64,000 nucleotides of DNA from an uncultured Gemmatimonadales bacterium (lineage in GTDB: Bacteria > Gemmatimonadota > Gemmatimonadetes > Gemmatimonadales > Gemmatimonadaceae), in the NCBI GenBank assembly GCA_963701965.1, contig OY969695.1, positions 2,752,001 to 2,816,000 of the forward strand. The letters run 5' to 3'. This document shows, in pieces, positions 20,956-32,205 of the stretch. Under the pieces are notes generated by a model. That model was not told the origin of the DNA. It saw nothing but the letters and a program-made list of their open reading frames with translations, and did no database searches. A program made the position numbers and the translations under genes. The stretch's first letter is position 1; each line of letters begins with the position of its first letter.

Positions 20956-23412
20956 GTGATCCTCGCGCTCGCGGCGCTCGCCGCCTTGCTCGCCGCCCCG
21001 CCGCAACCGCGCGTTCGAGTCTCGCTCGATGATGCCTGGCGATACGCGGCTGGGACCAACACGGGCGCCGAAGCGCCGGCGTTCGACGACAGCCAGTGGC
21101 AGTCCGTGACACTGCCCCACACGTGGAACGCGAAAGACGCGCTCCAAGAGAGCGAAGCGTATCGGCGCGGCGTCGGGTGGTATCGCCGGCACCTCACGGT
21201 GGAACGCGCGTTGGCCGGCCGGCGGTTGTTCCTGTGCTTCGAAGGCGCGAACCAGGAGACGATAGTCTATGTGAACGGCGTGCGCGCCGGCGCGCACAAT
21301 GGCGGATACACCGCATTCACCATCGAGATCACGGATCTCGTCCGGCTCGACGCCCCCAACGTCATCGCCGTGCGCGTGGACAACGCGGCCAACCCCGACA
21401 TCCCGCCGCTCAACGCCGACTTCACGTTCTACGGCGGCATCTATCGCGACGTGTGGCTCGTGGCCACCGCCCCGGTCCACATCGACATGATGGACCACGC
21501 GTCGCCCGGCGTGTACGTCGACACGCCGTCGATCTCCGATACACAAGCGACCGTCCGCGTGCGCGGCACCGTGGTCGATCAGTCACCCGCGGGCGGTGCC
21601 GTGCGGATCGCGACGCGCCTCCTCGATCCCCACGGCCGCGAAGTGCTGCGCCTGGACACGACACTCACGGTCGGCGCCGGCGCGTCCGCCCCGTTCGCGC
21701 AGATGACACCGGCGATCCCGCATCCCACCCTCTGGTCGCCGGAGACCCCGGCGCGGTATCACCTCGTCGTGGAAGTCAGCCAAGGTCGACGCGTCGTGGA
21801 TAGGGTCACCGTGCCACTCGGCTTCCGGTGGTTCGCGATCGACGCCCAGCGCGGATTCGCGCTCAACGGACACCCCTACCGGTTGTACGGCGCGGCGCGC
21901 CATCAGGACGAGGGCGGTTTCGGCAACGCGCTGACCGCGACGATGCAGCGGTCGGACATGCGCTTGATCAAAGAGACCGGATTCAACTTCGTGCGCCTCG
22001 CCCATTATCCCCAGGCGCCCGTTGTGCTCGACGCCGCCGACAGCCTCGGGCTCATCGTGTGGGAGGAGATCCCGATCGTCAACGGGATCTCGCCCTCGTC
22101 CGCGTTCGCCGCCAACGCCGAGCGGATGCTCGTGGAGATGATCCGGCAGCACTACGATCATCCCGCGATCGCGTTCTGGGGTTACATGAACGAAGTCGAT
22201 GACCCCGCGCACGCGAGCCAAGTGCTGGCCCTGGCCAAGACGCTCGACCACCGGGCCCACCTCGAGGACTCCCACCGCGCGACCGGGATGGCCATCACGT
22301 GGAGGATGGTGAACGCCTACACCGGCCTCGCCAATGTCCCCGACGTCACCGGCCTCAATCTCTACTTCGGCTGGTACTACGAAACCCCCTATGCCCTCGC
22401 CAGCGTCCTCGACACCTTCCATGGCCAGCATCCCGCCCGGCCGGTCGTGGTTACCGAGTACGGCGCCGGCGGCGACGAGCGAATACATTCGTTCGCACCC
22501 GTCCGGTTCGATTTCAGCGCCGAATATGAGCAGCGGTGCCACGAGATCACCTTCCCGATCATTCAGGCGCGGCCCTGGTTGATCGGCAGCACCGTATGGG
22601 CAATGTTCGACTTCAGCTCCAAAACGCGCGAGGATAGCCGGGAGAACGTGAACAACAAGGGCCTGTTCACTTTCGAGCACGCGCCTAAGGACGTCGCCTC
22701 GTACTATCGGGCCATGCTCGCCCCGCGGCCGGTGCTCGCCATCGCGTCGCGCGGCTGGCGCCATCGCGGCGGCCCCGTCGTCCAGCCCGTCACCGTGTAC
22801 TCCAACCGCGACTCCGCCGAGCTCTTTGTCGACGAGACGTCGCTGGGCTGGCGCCACTTCCGGAATGCGACGGCCCGCTGGTCCGTGCCCCTGCACGCCG
22901 GCACGAACCGCCTGCGCGCCGTGAGCGGCGCGTTCGTCGATACGGTCACCGTGGGCTTCGAGTCCGTCAATGAAGACCCGGCCGTCAGCGCCGGGAACTA
23001 CCAGTATACCGACGCCGAGGGCATCCTGTGGGATGCCGATCAGGGCTACATGGGCGGCGCGATCCACGAGAGCCATCATCGCATCGCCGGCACCGACGAC
23101 AATGGACTTTACCAGACCACGCGCGAAGGATCCGACGGCTATCGATTCGCGGTACCCGACGGCACGTATACGGTCGATCTCCGGTTCGCGGAGACCGATA
23201 CGAACCCGCGCGTGTTCGACGTCCTCGTGAATGACGGGCTGGTGTTCGACCATCTCGACCTGGCCACACAGTTTGGACGCTATCGCGCCGTCCGCCGGCG
23301 CGTCACCACCACCGCGCGGGGCGGCCACGGCGTCGTCGTACGCCTCGTCGCCCACGTCGGCGCTACCACGATCAGCGGCATCCGCATCGCACCCACACCC
23401 CCCACGGAGTAG
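20956..23412 (+). CDS. GH2 beta-galactosidase-like glycosidase with C-terminal malectin domain
   Basis: LPHTWN, YGGIYRDV, VRLAHYPQ, MNE and VTEYGA; malectin LYQT.R...LRFAE. Confidence 0.9.
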   Translation: MILALAALAALLAAPPQPRVRVSLDDAWRYAAGTNTGAEAPAFDDSQWQSVTLPHTWNAKDALQESEAYRRGVGWYRRHLTVERALAGRRLFLCFEGANQETIVYVNGVRAGAHNGGYTAFTIEITDLVRLDAPNVIAVRVDNAANPDIPPLNADFTFYGGIYRDVWLVATAPVHIDMMDHASPGVYVDTPSISDTQATVRVRGTVVDQSPAGGAVRIATRLLDPHGREVLRLDTTLTVGAGASAPFAQMTPAIPHPTLWSPETPARYHLVVEVSQGRRVVDRVTVPLGFRWFAIDAQRGFALNGHPYRLYGAARHQDEGGFGNALTATMQRSDMRLIKETGFNFVRLAHYPQAPVVLDAADSLGLIVWEEIPIVNGISPSSAFAANAERMLVEMIRQHYDHPAIAFWGYMNEVDDPAHASQVLALAKTLDHRAHLEDSHRATGMAITWRMVNAYTGLANVPDVTGLNLYFGWYYETPYALASVLDTFHGQHPARPVVVTEYGAGGDERIHSFAPVRFDFSAEYEQRCHEITFPIIQARPWLIGSTVWAMFDFSSKTREDSRENVNNKGLFTFEHAPKDVASYYRAMLAPRPVLAIASRGWRHRGGPVVQPVTVYSNRDSAELFVDETSLGWRHFRNATARWSVPLHAGTNRLRAVSGAFVDTVTVGFESVNEDPAVSAGNYQYTDAEGILWDADQGYMGGAIHESHHRIAGTDDNGLYQTTREGSDGYRFAVPDGTYTVDLRFAETDTNPRVFDVLVNDGLVFDHLDLATQFGRYRAVRRRVTTTARGGHGVVVRLVAHVGATTISGIRIAPTPPTE

Positions 23413-23419
23413 ATCGCGT

Positions 23420-25483
23420 ATGCGACTCAGGATCATGTTCGCGCTCTTGCTTGGAGCCACGGCCGGCGCACAAACGTCCCGGCGCAGCATCACGTCCGCG
23501 GATCTCCTGCGCTTTCAGTGGGTGGCCGACCCGCGCATCTCGCCGGACGGCGCCCAGGTCGCCTATACCCTGGTCACGGTGAACGAGAAGAAGGACAAGT
23601 ACGAGACCAGCGTGTGGGTCGTCGCCGCCGACGGTCACGGCGCGCCCCGGCGCATCGCTGAGGGACCGCGCGACCAGGCGCCGCGTTGGGCCCCGGACGG
23701 CAAGACGATCGCGTTCCTGCGCGGCACCAGCGACACCGGGGCCGCCGAGCTCTACGTGACGCCGCCGCAACCCGGCAAAGCGCGGCAACTCACCCATCTG
23801 CCCAAGAGCGTGTCGGCCGCCGTGTGGTCTCCCGACGGGCGGACCATCGCGTTCACGAGCACCACCCTGCCGGGGGATACGGTACACGGCAAACCAAAGA
23901 AGAGCGACGTGCACGTCACCACGCGCGCCGTGTATCGGGACAACGACGAAGGCTGGCTCGACGATACGCGACACAACCATATCTTCGTCATCGACGTCGC
24001 GGGTAACGGCGCGCCGCGCCAGCTGACCGACGGCGAGTTCGATGAGAACGGGCTCGTTTGGAGCGGTGACGGGTCGCGCATCGTGTTCACGTCCGATCGC
24101 GTCCCAGAGCCGTACTACGAGAACCCCGATGACGACGCCTATACCGTGCCCGCCGCCGGCGGCGCCATGCAGAAATTGATCGACACCGACGGGCCGATCC
24201 AGGGCGTCACGCCATCGCCCGACGGCCACGCGTTCGCCTTCACGGGATCGATCAACCCGCCGCACCGGCAGTCGTACACGCAGAACGCGGTGTTCGTGTT
24301 TCGCGACAACGCGGTCCAGCAACTCACCACCGGCGGCGACGCCGAGATCGGCAGCAGCGTCACCGGCGACCAGCATCCGCCGCGCGCCGGATCGGGCGAG
24401 AGCCCGCTGGTGTGGTCGGCCAATGGCCAGAGCGTCATCATCGCGAACACGGTCCACGGTGTGTCGAACCTGGTGCGCATCAATCTCGCCTCGCACGCGA
24501 TCGATCCCGTGACCACGGGCGCCCACGACATCATTGGATACAGCGCCACGCCGGGCGGGACGCGGTTCGCCCTCACCATCAGCGACGTCACGCATTTGGG
24601 CGAGCTCTATGCGTTCGACCCCGCGACGAAGGCGCTCACGCAGCTCACGCACGTCAACGACCCCCTCTGGTCCGAGCTCAAGTTCGGACCGACGGAGAAG
24701 ATCACGTACAAGAGCTTCGACGGGACGCCCATCGAGGCGTGGGTCGTGAAACCGCCCGATTTCGATCCAGGAAAGAAGTATCCGCTGATCCTGAACATCC
24801 ATGGCGGTCCGCACGCCGCCTACGGCGAAACGTTCTTCCACGAGTTCCAGGTCATGGCCGCGCGCGGCTACGTGGTCCTCGCGCCCAACCCACGCGGCAG
24901 CACCACGTACGGTGAGCAATTCGGGAACGTGATCCAATATCACTATCCCGGCGACGACTACAAGGACCTCATGGTCGGCGTCGACACGCTCCTCGCCCGC
25001 GGCTACATCGATGAGAAACGACTTGGCGTCACGGGCGGCAGCGGCGGCGGCCTCCTCACCAATTGGACGGTGACGCAGACCCACCGGTTCGCCGCCGCCG
25101 CATCGCAGCGGTCGATTGCCGACTGGGCCGCGTGGTGGTATACGGCGGACTTCACGTTGTTCACGCCGAGCTGGTTCAAGGCGCCGCCGTTCAAGGATCC
25201 GCAGGACTACGCCAGTCGCTCGCCGATCACGTACGTCGAGCAAGTCACGACGCCACTCATGCTGATCGAAGGCGAAGCCGACTCCCGCACGCCGTCCGGA
25301 TCGGGCGGCATGACAATGTTCCGCGCCCTCAAGATGCTCCACAAGACGACCGAGATGGTCGTGTTCCCGGGGGAGACCCACGAGCTCTCCCGCTCCGGCA
25401 AACCGTCGCACCGGATCGAGCGCATCGACCAGATCAATGGCTGGTTCGACAAATACCTCACGGGTTCCGCGAGTACGAGCTGA
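23420..25483 (+). CDS. S9C acylaminoacyl-peptidase-like secreted peptidase
   Basis: PD40 repeats; IHGGPH, NPRGS, GGSGGG and ETHELSRSG. Confidence 0.9.
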   Translation: MRLRIMFALLLGATAGAQTSRRSITSADLLRFQWVADPRISPDGAQVAYTLVTVNEKKDKYETSVWVVAADGHGAPRRIAEGPRDQAPRWAPDGKTIAFLRGTSDTGAAELYVTPPQPGKARQLTHLPKSVSAAVWSPDGRTIAFTSTTLPGDTVHGKPKKSDVHVTTRAVYRDNDEGWLDDTRHNHIFVIDVAGNGAPRQLTDGEFDENGLVWSGDGSRIVFTSDRVPEPYYENPDDDAYTVPAAGGAMQKLIDTDGPIQGVTPSPDGHAFAFTGSINPPHRQSYTQNAVFVFRDNAVQQLTTGGDAEIGSSVTGDQHPPRAGSGESPLVWSANGQSVIIANTVHGVSNLVRINLASHAIDPVTTGAHDIIGYSATPGGTRFALTISDVTHLGELYAFDPATKALTQLTHVNDPLWSELKFGPTEKITYKSFDGTPIEAWVVKPPDFDPGKKYPLILNIHGGPHAAYGETFFHEFQVMAARGYVVLAPNPRGSTTYGEQFGNVIQYHYPGDDYKDLMVGVDTLLARGYIDEKRLGVTGGSGGGLLTNWTVTQTHRFAAAASQRSIADWAAWWYTADFTLFTPSWFKAPPFKDPQDYASRSPITYVEQVTTPLMLIEGEADSRTPSGSGGMTMFRALKMLHKTTEMVVFPGETHELSRSGKPSHRIERIDQINGWFDKYLTGSASTS

Positions 25484-27148
25484 TGGGTACCTTCCGGGCC
25501 ATGCGCACTTCGTTTGCCGGACTCGGCCTGCTGCTGTTCTCGGCGGCAGGGCTCAATGCGCAGACCGCCGGCCGCTCGCCGGTCTACGCGCCCCATGGGG
25601 TCATCGCGACCAGCCAACCGCTCGCCAGCGCTGCCGGGCTGGCGGTCCTGGAACGCGGTGGGAACGCGTTCAATGCCGCCGTCACCGCGGCGGCCGTCCT
25701 CGGTTTCGTCGAGCCGATGATGACGGGACCGGGCGGCGACATGTTCGCGCTGTTCTGGTCGGCCAAAGACCACAAGCTCGTGGGGCTCAACGCCAGTGGA
25801 CGCGCGGGCGCGCTCATGACGCGCGAGACGCTGGCGGCCCGCGGCCGCACCGCGGTGCCCCTCGAGGGCGCGGAGTCGATCATCGTGCCGGGCGCGGTCG
25901 CCGGCTGGCAGACGCTGCTCCAGAAGTACGGCACCATCTCGCTCGCGCAAGCGCTCAAGCCGGCGATCGCGCTCGCCGACAGCGGATTCCCCGTGTCGCC
26001 GATCATCGGTCGCGATTGGCGGGCCGCGGCGGAGCTGCTCAAGCAAAATGAAGGGGCCGAGCAGACCTTTCTGATCGACGGCGTGCGCACGCCGAACACG
26101 GGCGAGTGGTTCCGGAATCCCGACTACGCCAAATCACTGCGCGCGATCGCCACGGGTGGTCCGGCCGTGCTCTATGGCGGTGAGCTCGGACAGAAGATCG
26201 TGAAGCGGGTGCACGAGCTGGGCGGGTTCCTCACGCCGGCGGATCTCACCACCATCCACCCGACATGGGTCGAGCCCATCTCGGTCCCGTTCAAGGGACT
26301 CCGGGTCTGGGAGCTGCCGCCCAACAACCAAGGCGTGGCCGCGCTCGGAGATGCTCCGCATCCTGGAGCCGTACGATCTCAAATCACTCGGCTACAACTC
26401 GGCGGCCTATATCCATCGGCTCGTCGAGGCCAAGAAGCTCGCGTTCGCCGACCTCGCCCAGTACATCGGCGAGCCGGACGCCATGACCATCAAGGCGACC
26501 AGCCTCCTCTCCGACGACTTCATCGCCCGGCGGCGCGCCGCGCTCGATACCACCACCGCGTCGGATCAAGTCGATCCCGGCACGCCGGCGACGGCGAGTG
26601 AGACGATCTACCTCACGGTTGCCGACAAGGACGGCAACATGGTCTCGTTCATCAACAGCCTGTACTCGGAGTTCGGCTCGGGCGTCGTCGTGCCGGGCAC
26701 CGGGTTCGCGCTCGAAGATCGGGGAGCGGGATTCACCATGAAACCGGGGCTGGCCAACACCGTGGGGCCCGGCAAGCGGCCCTTGCACACGCTCATCCCC
26801 GCGTTCGTGACGAAGGACGACCAACCCTATATGAGCTTTGGCGTCATGGGCGGCGCAATGCAGCCGCAAGGGCATGTCCAGGTGCTGCTCAATCTGCTGG
26901 TCTTCGACATGGACCTGCAGTCGGCGATCAATGCGCCGCGCTGGCGGCATTACGACGGGCGGCGCCTCGGCCTCGAAGCGGCGATTCCCGATTCGGTGCG
27001 CAGGGCGCTGGAGGCGATGGGCCACACGATCATCGCGCAAGACAAAGTCATCGGCGCCTTCGGCGGCGGGCAGGCCATCCGCCGTCTGCCGCGGGGATGG
27101 GAAGCGGCATCCGATCCGCGGAAAGACGGCGAGGCCGTGGGCTACTGA
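25483..27148 (+). CDS. ggt: Gamma-glutamyltransferase, split by one extra base near 26348
   Basis: N-half ATSQPLA, EPMMTGPGGD, ELPPNNQG; C-half ETIYLTVAD, KRPLHTLIP, QPQGHVQ, SDPRKDG; GCG CTC gGAG ATG frameshift. Confidence 0.88.
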
Positions 27149-28044
27149 TGCGGTCCGTTCGGATCATCGGCGTCCCGCTCGACCTGGGCCAGAGCCGCCG
27201 CGGCGTCGATATGGGCCCGTCGGCGCTGCGCATCGCGCGGATCGCCGAGCGCATGCAGGCGATCGGCTATGACGTCGAGGATCGCGGCAACGTGACCGTC
27301 GGCCAGCGCGAGCATCTCGGCGCCAATGACGCGTACGCGGCGATCGCCAATGTCTGCCGCGCGCTGGCGCTCATGACCGCGGAAGCGGTCCGCGCGGGCG
27401 CCAGCCCGCTGGTGTTGGGCGGCGACCACTCGCTGTCAATGGGATCCATCGCCGGTGTGGCCACGGCGCTGGCCGAACGGAACGAGAAGCTGGGCGTGAT
27501 TTGGCTCGACGCGCATGGCGACATCAACACGCCGGAGACGAGCGCGAGTGGCAACATCCATGGGATGCCCGTCGCGCACGTGCTCGGTCTGGGCGACGAG
27601 CGGCTCTCCCACATCGCGCAGCCCAGTCCCGCGGTCGCGGTCGAGAATTTCGTGATGGTGGGCTTGAGAGACCTCGATCCCCCCGAGCGGGCGACGATCG
27701 GCCGGCTCGGGATGACCGTCTACACGATGCGCGACATCAATGAGCGCGGGCTGGCCACGATCATGGCCGAGGCGATCCACGTCGCGAGTCGCGGGACTGG
27801 CGGGATCCACGTGTCGTGCGATCCGGACTGGATCGATCCCATCGAGGCGCCCGGGGTGGGGACGCCGGTGCGCGGCGGCGCCACGTTCCGCGAGGCCCAT
27901 TTGGCGTTGGAGCTGATCGCGGATTCTGGCCGACTGGTCTCGATGGATCTGGTCGAGATCAATCCCGTGCTCGACGATCGGAACCGCACCGCCTCGCTCG
28001 CGGTCGATCTGATCGTGAGCGCCTACGGGAAGCGCATTTTGTAA
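27148..28044 (+). CDS. rocF: Arginase
   Basis: GGDHS, DAHGD, SGNIHGMP, APGVGTPV and EINP. Confidence 0.93.
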   Translation: MRSVRIIGVPLDLGQSRRGVDMGPSALRIARIAERMQAIGYDVEDRGNVTVGQREHLGANDAYAAIANVCRALALMTAEAVRAGASPLVLGGDHSLSMGSIAGVATALAERNEKLGVIWLDAHGDINTPETSASGNIHGMPVAHVLGLGDERLSHIAQPSPAVAVENFVMVGLRDLDPPERATIGRLGMTVYTMRDINERGLATIMAEAIHVASRGTGGIHVSCDPDWIDPIEAPGVGTPVRGGATFREAHLALELIADSGRLVSMDLVEINPVLDDRNRTASLAVDLIVSAYGKRIL

Positions 28045-28059
28045 GAACGCGAGCGTGCG

Positions 28060-28743
28060 TCAAGCGCGACGACGGCGCTTGGTGGCGTCCCAAAGGCGAA
28101 ACCCGCCCAGGAAGGCGTTGTCGTTGCTCCCCAGCACGGTGTTCGGCGGCAGGTTGCCGAGGAGCGCGGCGTTACCGCCGCCGAGTACGACGTACTCCGC
28201 GGCCAGCGCCTCGGCCAGGTGCCGGATGATGTCGCGCGCATGGTTGCGCCACTTCTTTTTCCCCGATTGCGCGAGACCCGCGGCGCCAACGTAGCTCTCG
28301 TACGAGCGCCCTTTCTTGTAAGTCAGGTGCGCGATTTCCATGGCATCGGGGACTCCGTTGGCCACCACCGCGCAGCCAAGGCCTGTTCCGAATCCCAGGA
28401 ACAGCATCCGACCACCCTTGTAGCTACCCAGGGCTTGCATGGCGGCGTCGTTGATGACCCGCACGGGACAATCGAACGCCTTCTCGAAGTCGAATCCCAC
28501 CCAACCGGCACCGATGTTCACGGGATCGCAGATGGCCCGCCCGCCGTAGACGAAGCCGGGATAGCCGACCGAGACGACGTCATAGTCCCAGTCGGCGGTG
28601 GCGTGCTTCACCGCTTTGACCATCCGCTGGGGTGTCATGCCAGGGCCAGACGGAATCTTCACCCGCTCGTCCCGTCCCGTGGCCAACACCTTCACATTCG
28701 TCCCGCCGACATCGATAACCAGGATTTTCGAGGGTTCGTTCAT
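28060..28743 (-). CDS. ROK-family sugar kinase (polyphosphate glucokinase-like)
   Basis: IDVGGTNVK, NDAAMQA and LGFGTGLG. Confidence 0.85.
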   Translation of the reverse strand: MNEPSKILVIDVGGTNVKVLATGRDERVKIPSGPGMTPQRMVKAVKHATADWDYDVVSVGYPGFVYGGRAICDPVNIGAGWVGFDFEKAFDCPVRVINDAAMQALGSYKGGRMLFLGFGTGLGCAVVANGVPDAMEIAHLTYKKGRSYESYVGAAGLAQSGKKKWRNHARDIIRHLAEALAAEYVVLGGGNAALLGNLPPNTVLGSNDNAFLGGFRLWDATKRRRRA

Positions 28744-28751
28744 TGTCCGAG

Positions 28752-29456
28752 CTACTGGCGGTCGAGCGTATCCTGTAAGAACGCGAGTGTGCGCCGCCAG
28801 GCGTCAGGCGTCGCCTCGGCCTGGCGCGGCGTGCCGAAGTAACGGAAAAATGCGTGATCTTCCCCGGAATACACAGTCAGCGAGAACCCTTTGTCCTGGT
28901 CGACCAGCGTGTCCCGAATGCGCTCAATGTCCGCGTTGGGGATGCCCTTGTCCTTCGCGCCAAAGACCAGATAGAGTGGCGCCTGGATGAGCGGCGCGTA
29001 GTCCAGCATCGGCACGCGGTCGGGGCCGGCGGACTTGGCCGTCTGGGCGCCGTAGAATGAGACCGCCGCCGCGATCCCGGGAACGGTCGCCGAGAGAAAC
29101 GCCAACGAGCCGCCCCAGCAAAATCCCCACGTCGCGATGACGCCGGTGGCGTCGGGGCGGGCGCGGATGGCGGCGATCAGCGCGGTGAGATCCGCCCGGG
29201 AGTCGTCGTGCGTGATGATCGCGCGCGCCGCCAGGCCTCGTTGCATGCCCTCGGCGTCGTATCCCGACAGAAACTCCGGATCCGTCCGATAGAACAGCGC
29301 CGGCACCACCGTGAGGTACCCCTCGGCGGCCAGGAGATCGGCAATGTGTCGGAGCTCGGCGGTGACGCCGAAGATCTCGTGGAGCAGGATGATCGCGGGG
29401 TGCCGGCCGCCGCCTGGTGGAACGGCGACGTAGGCCGGCATGGCCCCGATCATCAT
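28752..29456 (-). CDS. Dienelactone hydrolase family protein
   Basis: HEIFGV, GFCWGG and HAF. Confidence 0.9.
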   Translation of the reverse strand: MMIGAMPAYVAVPPGGGRHPAIILLHEIFGVTAELRHIADLLAAEGYLTVVPALFYRTDPEFLSGYDAEGMQRGLAARAIITHDDSRADLTALIAAIRARPDATGVIATWGFCWGGSLAFLSATVPGIAAAVSFYGAQTAKSAGPDRVPMLDYAPLIQAPLYLVFGAKDKGIPNADIERIRDTLVDQDKGFSLTVYSGEDHAFFRYFGTPRQAEATPDAWRRTLAFLQDTLDRQ

Positions 29457-30886
29457 ACGGTCGCGTGCTTGCGCCGGCTCAGGAATTGGAAGAACTCGAC
29501 GCCTTCGCGCAGCCGGCGTTTCATCATGGTCGGGCTCTTCGCCATCTCCGCCGTCATCTCGGCGATCTTGCCAGCCCGGAAATAGAAGCGCTTGTAGAAC
29601 GTCTCCACGGAGTCGAAGATCTCCGTCTGGCCGAGGTGCTCGTAGGAGAGCGCCGCGGTCTGCATGCCGCGCTCGTCGACCAGATGCGTGTTCTCGTCGT
29701 CGGGCGGGAGCCAGCCGTTCTCTTTCGCTTGCTTGTAGAGAAACGTGCCCGGATACGGCGCCGCGATCGACACCTGGATCGTGTGCGGGTTGATCTCGCG
29801 CGCGTACTGGATCGTCTGCTGGATCGTCTCCCGGGTCTCCCCGGGCAAGCCCAGAATGAACGTCCCGTGGATGGTAATCCCCAGGTCGCGGCAGTCTTTC
29901 GTGAACTTCTTCGCAATGTCGATGCGGAGACCTTTCTTGATGTTATTCAGGATGTCCTGGTTCCCGGACTCGTAGCCCACGAGCAGCAGCCGGAGTCCGT
30001 TGTCGCGCATCACCTTGAGCGTGTCATACGGCACGTTCGCTTTCGCGTTGCACGACCACTCGAGCCCCAGTTTCCCCAGGCCGCGCGCGATCTCCTCGGT
30101 GCGCGGCCGGTCATCGGTGAACGTGTCATCGTCGAAAAAGACTTCTTTGACCTGCGGGAAGTACTTGGGGATCAACGCCATCTCTTCCAGCACGTGCCCC
30201 ACACTGCGCGTGCGGTAGCGATGCCCGCCCACAGTCTGGGGCCACAGGCAGAACGTGCACTTGGACCGGCAGCCCCGTCCCGTGTAGAGCGAGACGTACG
30301 GGTGCTTGAGATACCCAATGAAGTAGTCTTCGATCTTGAGGTCGCGCTTGTAGACTTCCGTGACGAACGGCAGCTGATCCATGTTCTCGAGGATCGCGCG
30401 GTCCGGCGTGCTGAGGGCCCGGCCGTTGTCGTCGCGGAACGTGACTCCATCGACAGACGCGAGCGGCCGCCCTTCGGCGATCTCCTTGATCGTGAAGTCG
30501 AACTCCTCGCGGGCGACGAAGTCGATGGCCTCCGAGGCCAGGAGCGACGCGTCCGGCTCGACCGCGACCTTGGCCCCGACGAATCCAATCATGAGGTGCG
30601 GATTCTCGCGCTTGAGCGCCTCGGCGACTTTGACATCGCCGGGGAACGACGGCGAGCTGGTGTGGAGCACGGCCAGGTCGAAGTCGCGCGCCATGGGAAG
30701 CACTTGGGCCAGCGAGAGGCCGGCCGCCGGCGCGTCGACCAGCTTGCTGTTGGGGACCAGCGCCGCGGGTTGGGCGAGCCAGGTCGGGAACCAGAAGGAG
30801 CGCACTTCGCGCTTCGCCTGATAGCGTGAGCCGGCACCGCCGTCGAATCCCTCGTAGGAGGGAGGATGCAGAAAGAGCGTGCGCAT
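29453..30886 (-). CDS. hpnJ: Hopanoid radical SAM protein HpnJ
   Basis: MRTLFLHPPSYEGFDGGAGSRYQAKRE signature; CRSKCTFC. Confidence 0.95.
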   Translation of the reverse strand: MRTLFLHPPSYEGFDGGAGSRYQAKREVRSFWFPTWLAQPAALVPNSKLVDAPAAGLSLAQVLPMARDFDLAVLHTSSPSFPGDVKVAEALKRENPHLMIGFVGAKVAVEPDASLLASEAIDFVAREEFDFTIKEIAEGRPLASVDGVTFRDDNGRALSTPDRAILENMDQLPFVTEVYKRDLKIEDYFIGYLKHPYVSLYTGRGCRSKCTFCLWPQTVGGHRYRTRSVGHVLEEMALIPKYFPQVKEVFFDDDTFTDDRPRTEEIARGLGKLGLEWSCNAKANVPYDTLKVMRDNGLRLLLVGYESGNQDILNNIKKGLRIDIAKKFTKDCRDLGITIHGTFILGLPGETRETIQQTIQYAREINPHTIQVSIAAPYPGTFLYKQAKENGWLPPDDENTHLVDERGMQTAALSYEHLGQTEIFDSVETFYKRFYFRAGKIAEMTAEMAKSPTMMKRRLREGVEFFQFLSRRKHATV

Positions 30887-32079
30887 CAAGCGAAAATCCT
30901 CTCTTCGTTCGTCCGGAGGACCCCATCGGGTCGGACCCACAGCTCCGTACCGCGCCACGTCACCCGCCGGCTCGTATAGCTCGCGATCCACAGCGCGAAC
31001 GACATCAGATCACGCATCGGGACCATCCACACGAGATAGGGCATCCGGTACCCCGCGATGATCGCCGCGATATTGTCGCGGTCCCAGCGCGCGGGGCGCA
31101 GCACGACGTAATGTAGCGCGATCCGCAGGAGAATCGCGAGCGCCGGGAGGACCAGCGTCCATGGCTTCGACCCATTGACCAGCGCGGCCAGTAGTGTCAG
31201 CGGCACCACGTAGGTCAAAAACGAGAGCGCGTGGCCCACCGGGGTCACCGTCCGGATCGTGCGCATCCAGCGCAGCTCGTGGTGGATCAACGTGAGCAGC
31301 GTCGGTTCGTGGGCCGTGGCCGCGACCTCGTACTGCGCGACCACGCAGCGGAGACCCAAGCGCCGGACGCGCGCGCCCAGCTCATAGTCGTCGGCAAGGA
31401 GCGGCGCCAGTGCGGGGAATCCACCGGCCGCTTCGAGCAGGTCGCGCCGGAGGGCCATGGTCGTGCCCGAGCAATACGCGTTCGAGCCCAGCGCCTGGCT
31501 GACCAGCACGGACGGGATGAACCACTCGTCGATCGCCAGGGCGCCCAGCTGTGACCAGAGACCTTCGGTCGGCCGGCCGCGATAGCTGCACGTGACGATG
31601 CCCACCGTCGGATCCGCCAACGGCGCCACGACGCGCTGTAGATACGATGGGCCCACCCGAACGTCGCTGTCCGCGATCACGATCGTGTCGTGCGTCGCCA
31701 GCGACATGAGGTGCGTCAGGATGTTGACTTTGCGATTCTCGCCGAGCGCGTGGGCGCCCGCCACGACCCGAATGTGCTGATGCGGGTAGTCGGCGGCGAC
31801 CCGCCGGGCCAGCGCCAGCGCGGGGTCGTCGCTGTCGCGCGCGCCGAACAGCAGCTCGACGGTCGGATAGTCCTGCGCGCAAAATGAGCGCAGGTTCGCC
31901 TCGAGGCCGGGCTCGAGCCCGCACAGCGGTTTGAGAACCGTGACTGGAACGGACGCAGCCGTCGAGGTCGCCGCCGTCTTCCGTCGCCAGGTCAACGTCG
32001 CCAGGACGCCGAGCGCGACATAGATGAGGGAGAAGACGGCCAAGCAGATCGTTAAATAGGACAAGACGTAGGTCAGCAC
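30886..32079 (-). CDS. hpnI: Bacteriohopanetetrol glucosamine glycosyltransferase HpnI
   Basis: VTVLKPLCG, NRKV, DSD, LADDY and HELRWMRTIR; start uncertain. Confidence 0.9.
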   Translation of the reverse strand: MLTYVLSYLTICLAVFSLIYVALGVLATLTWRRKTAATSTAASVPVTVLKPLCGLEPGLEANLRSFCAQDYPTVELLFGARDSDDPALALARRVAADYPHQHIRVVAGAHALGENRKVNILTHLMSLATHDTIVIADSDVRVGPSYLQRVVAPLADPTVGIVTCSYRGRPTEGLWSQLGALAIDEWFIPSVLVSQALGSNAYCSGTTMALRRDLLEAAGGFPALAPLLADDYELGARVRRLGLRCVVAQYEVAATAHEPTLLTLIHHELRWMRTIRTVTPVGHALSFLTYVVPLTLLAALVNGSKPWTLVLPALAILLRIALHYVVLRPARWDRDNIAAIIAGYRMPYLVWMVPMRDLMSFALWIASYTSRRVTWRGTELWVRPDGVLRTNEERIFA

Positions 32080-32205
32080 GTGCGGTCTACTGCACTCCCA
32101 TGGTGCGAGATTCCTGGCTAACTTCGCGAATCGACCCGCCACAGCACAATCCAGGGTCGTCCCTCTTCTGTTCCCGACACGTTCTCCCAACTTATTCCAT
32201 CCGAC

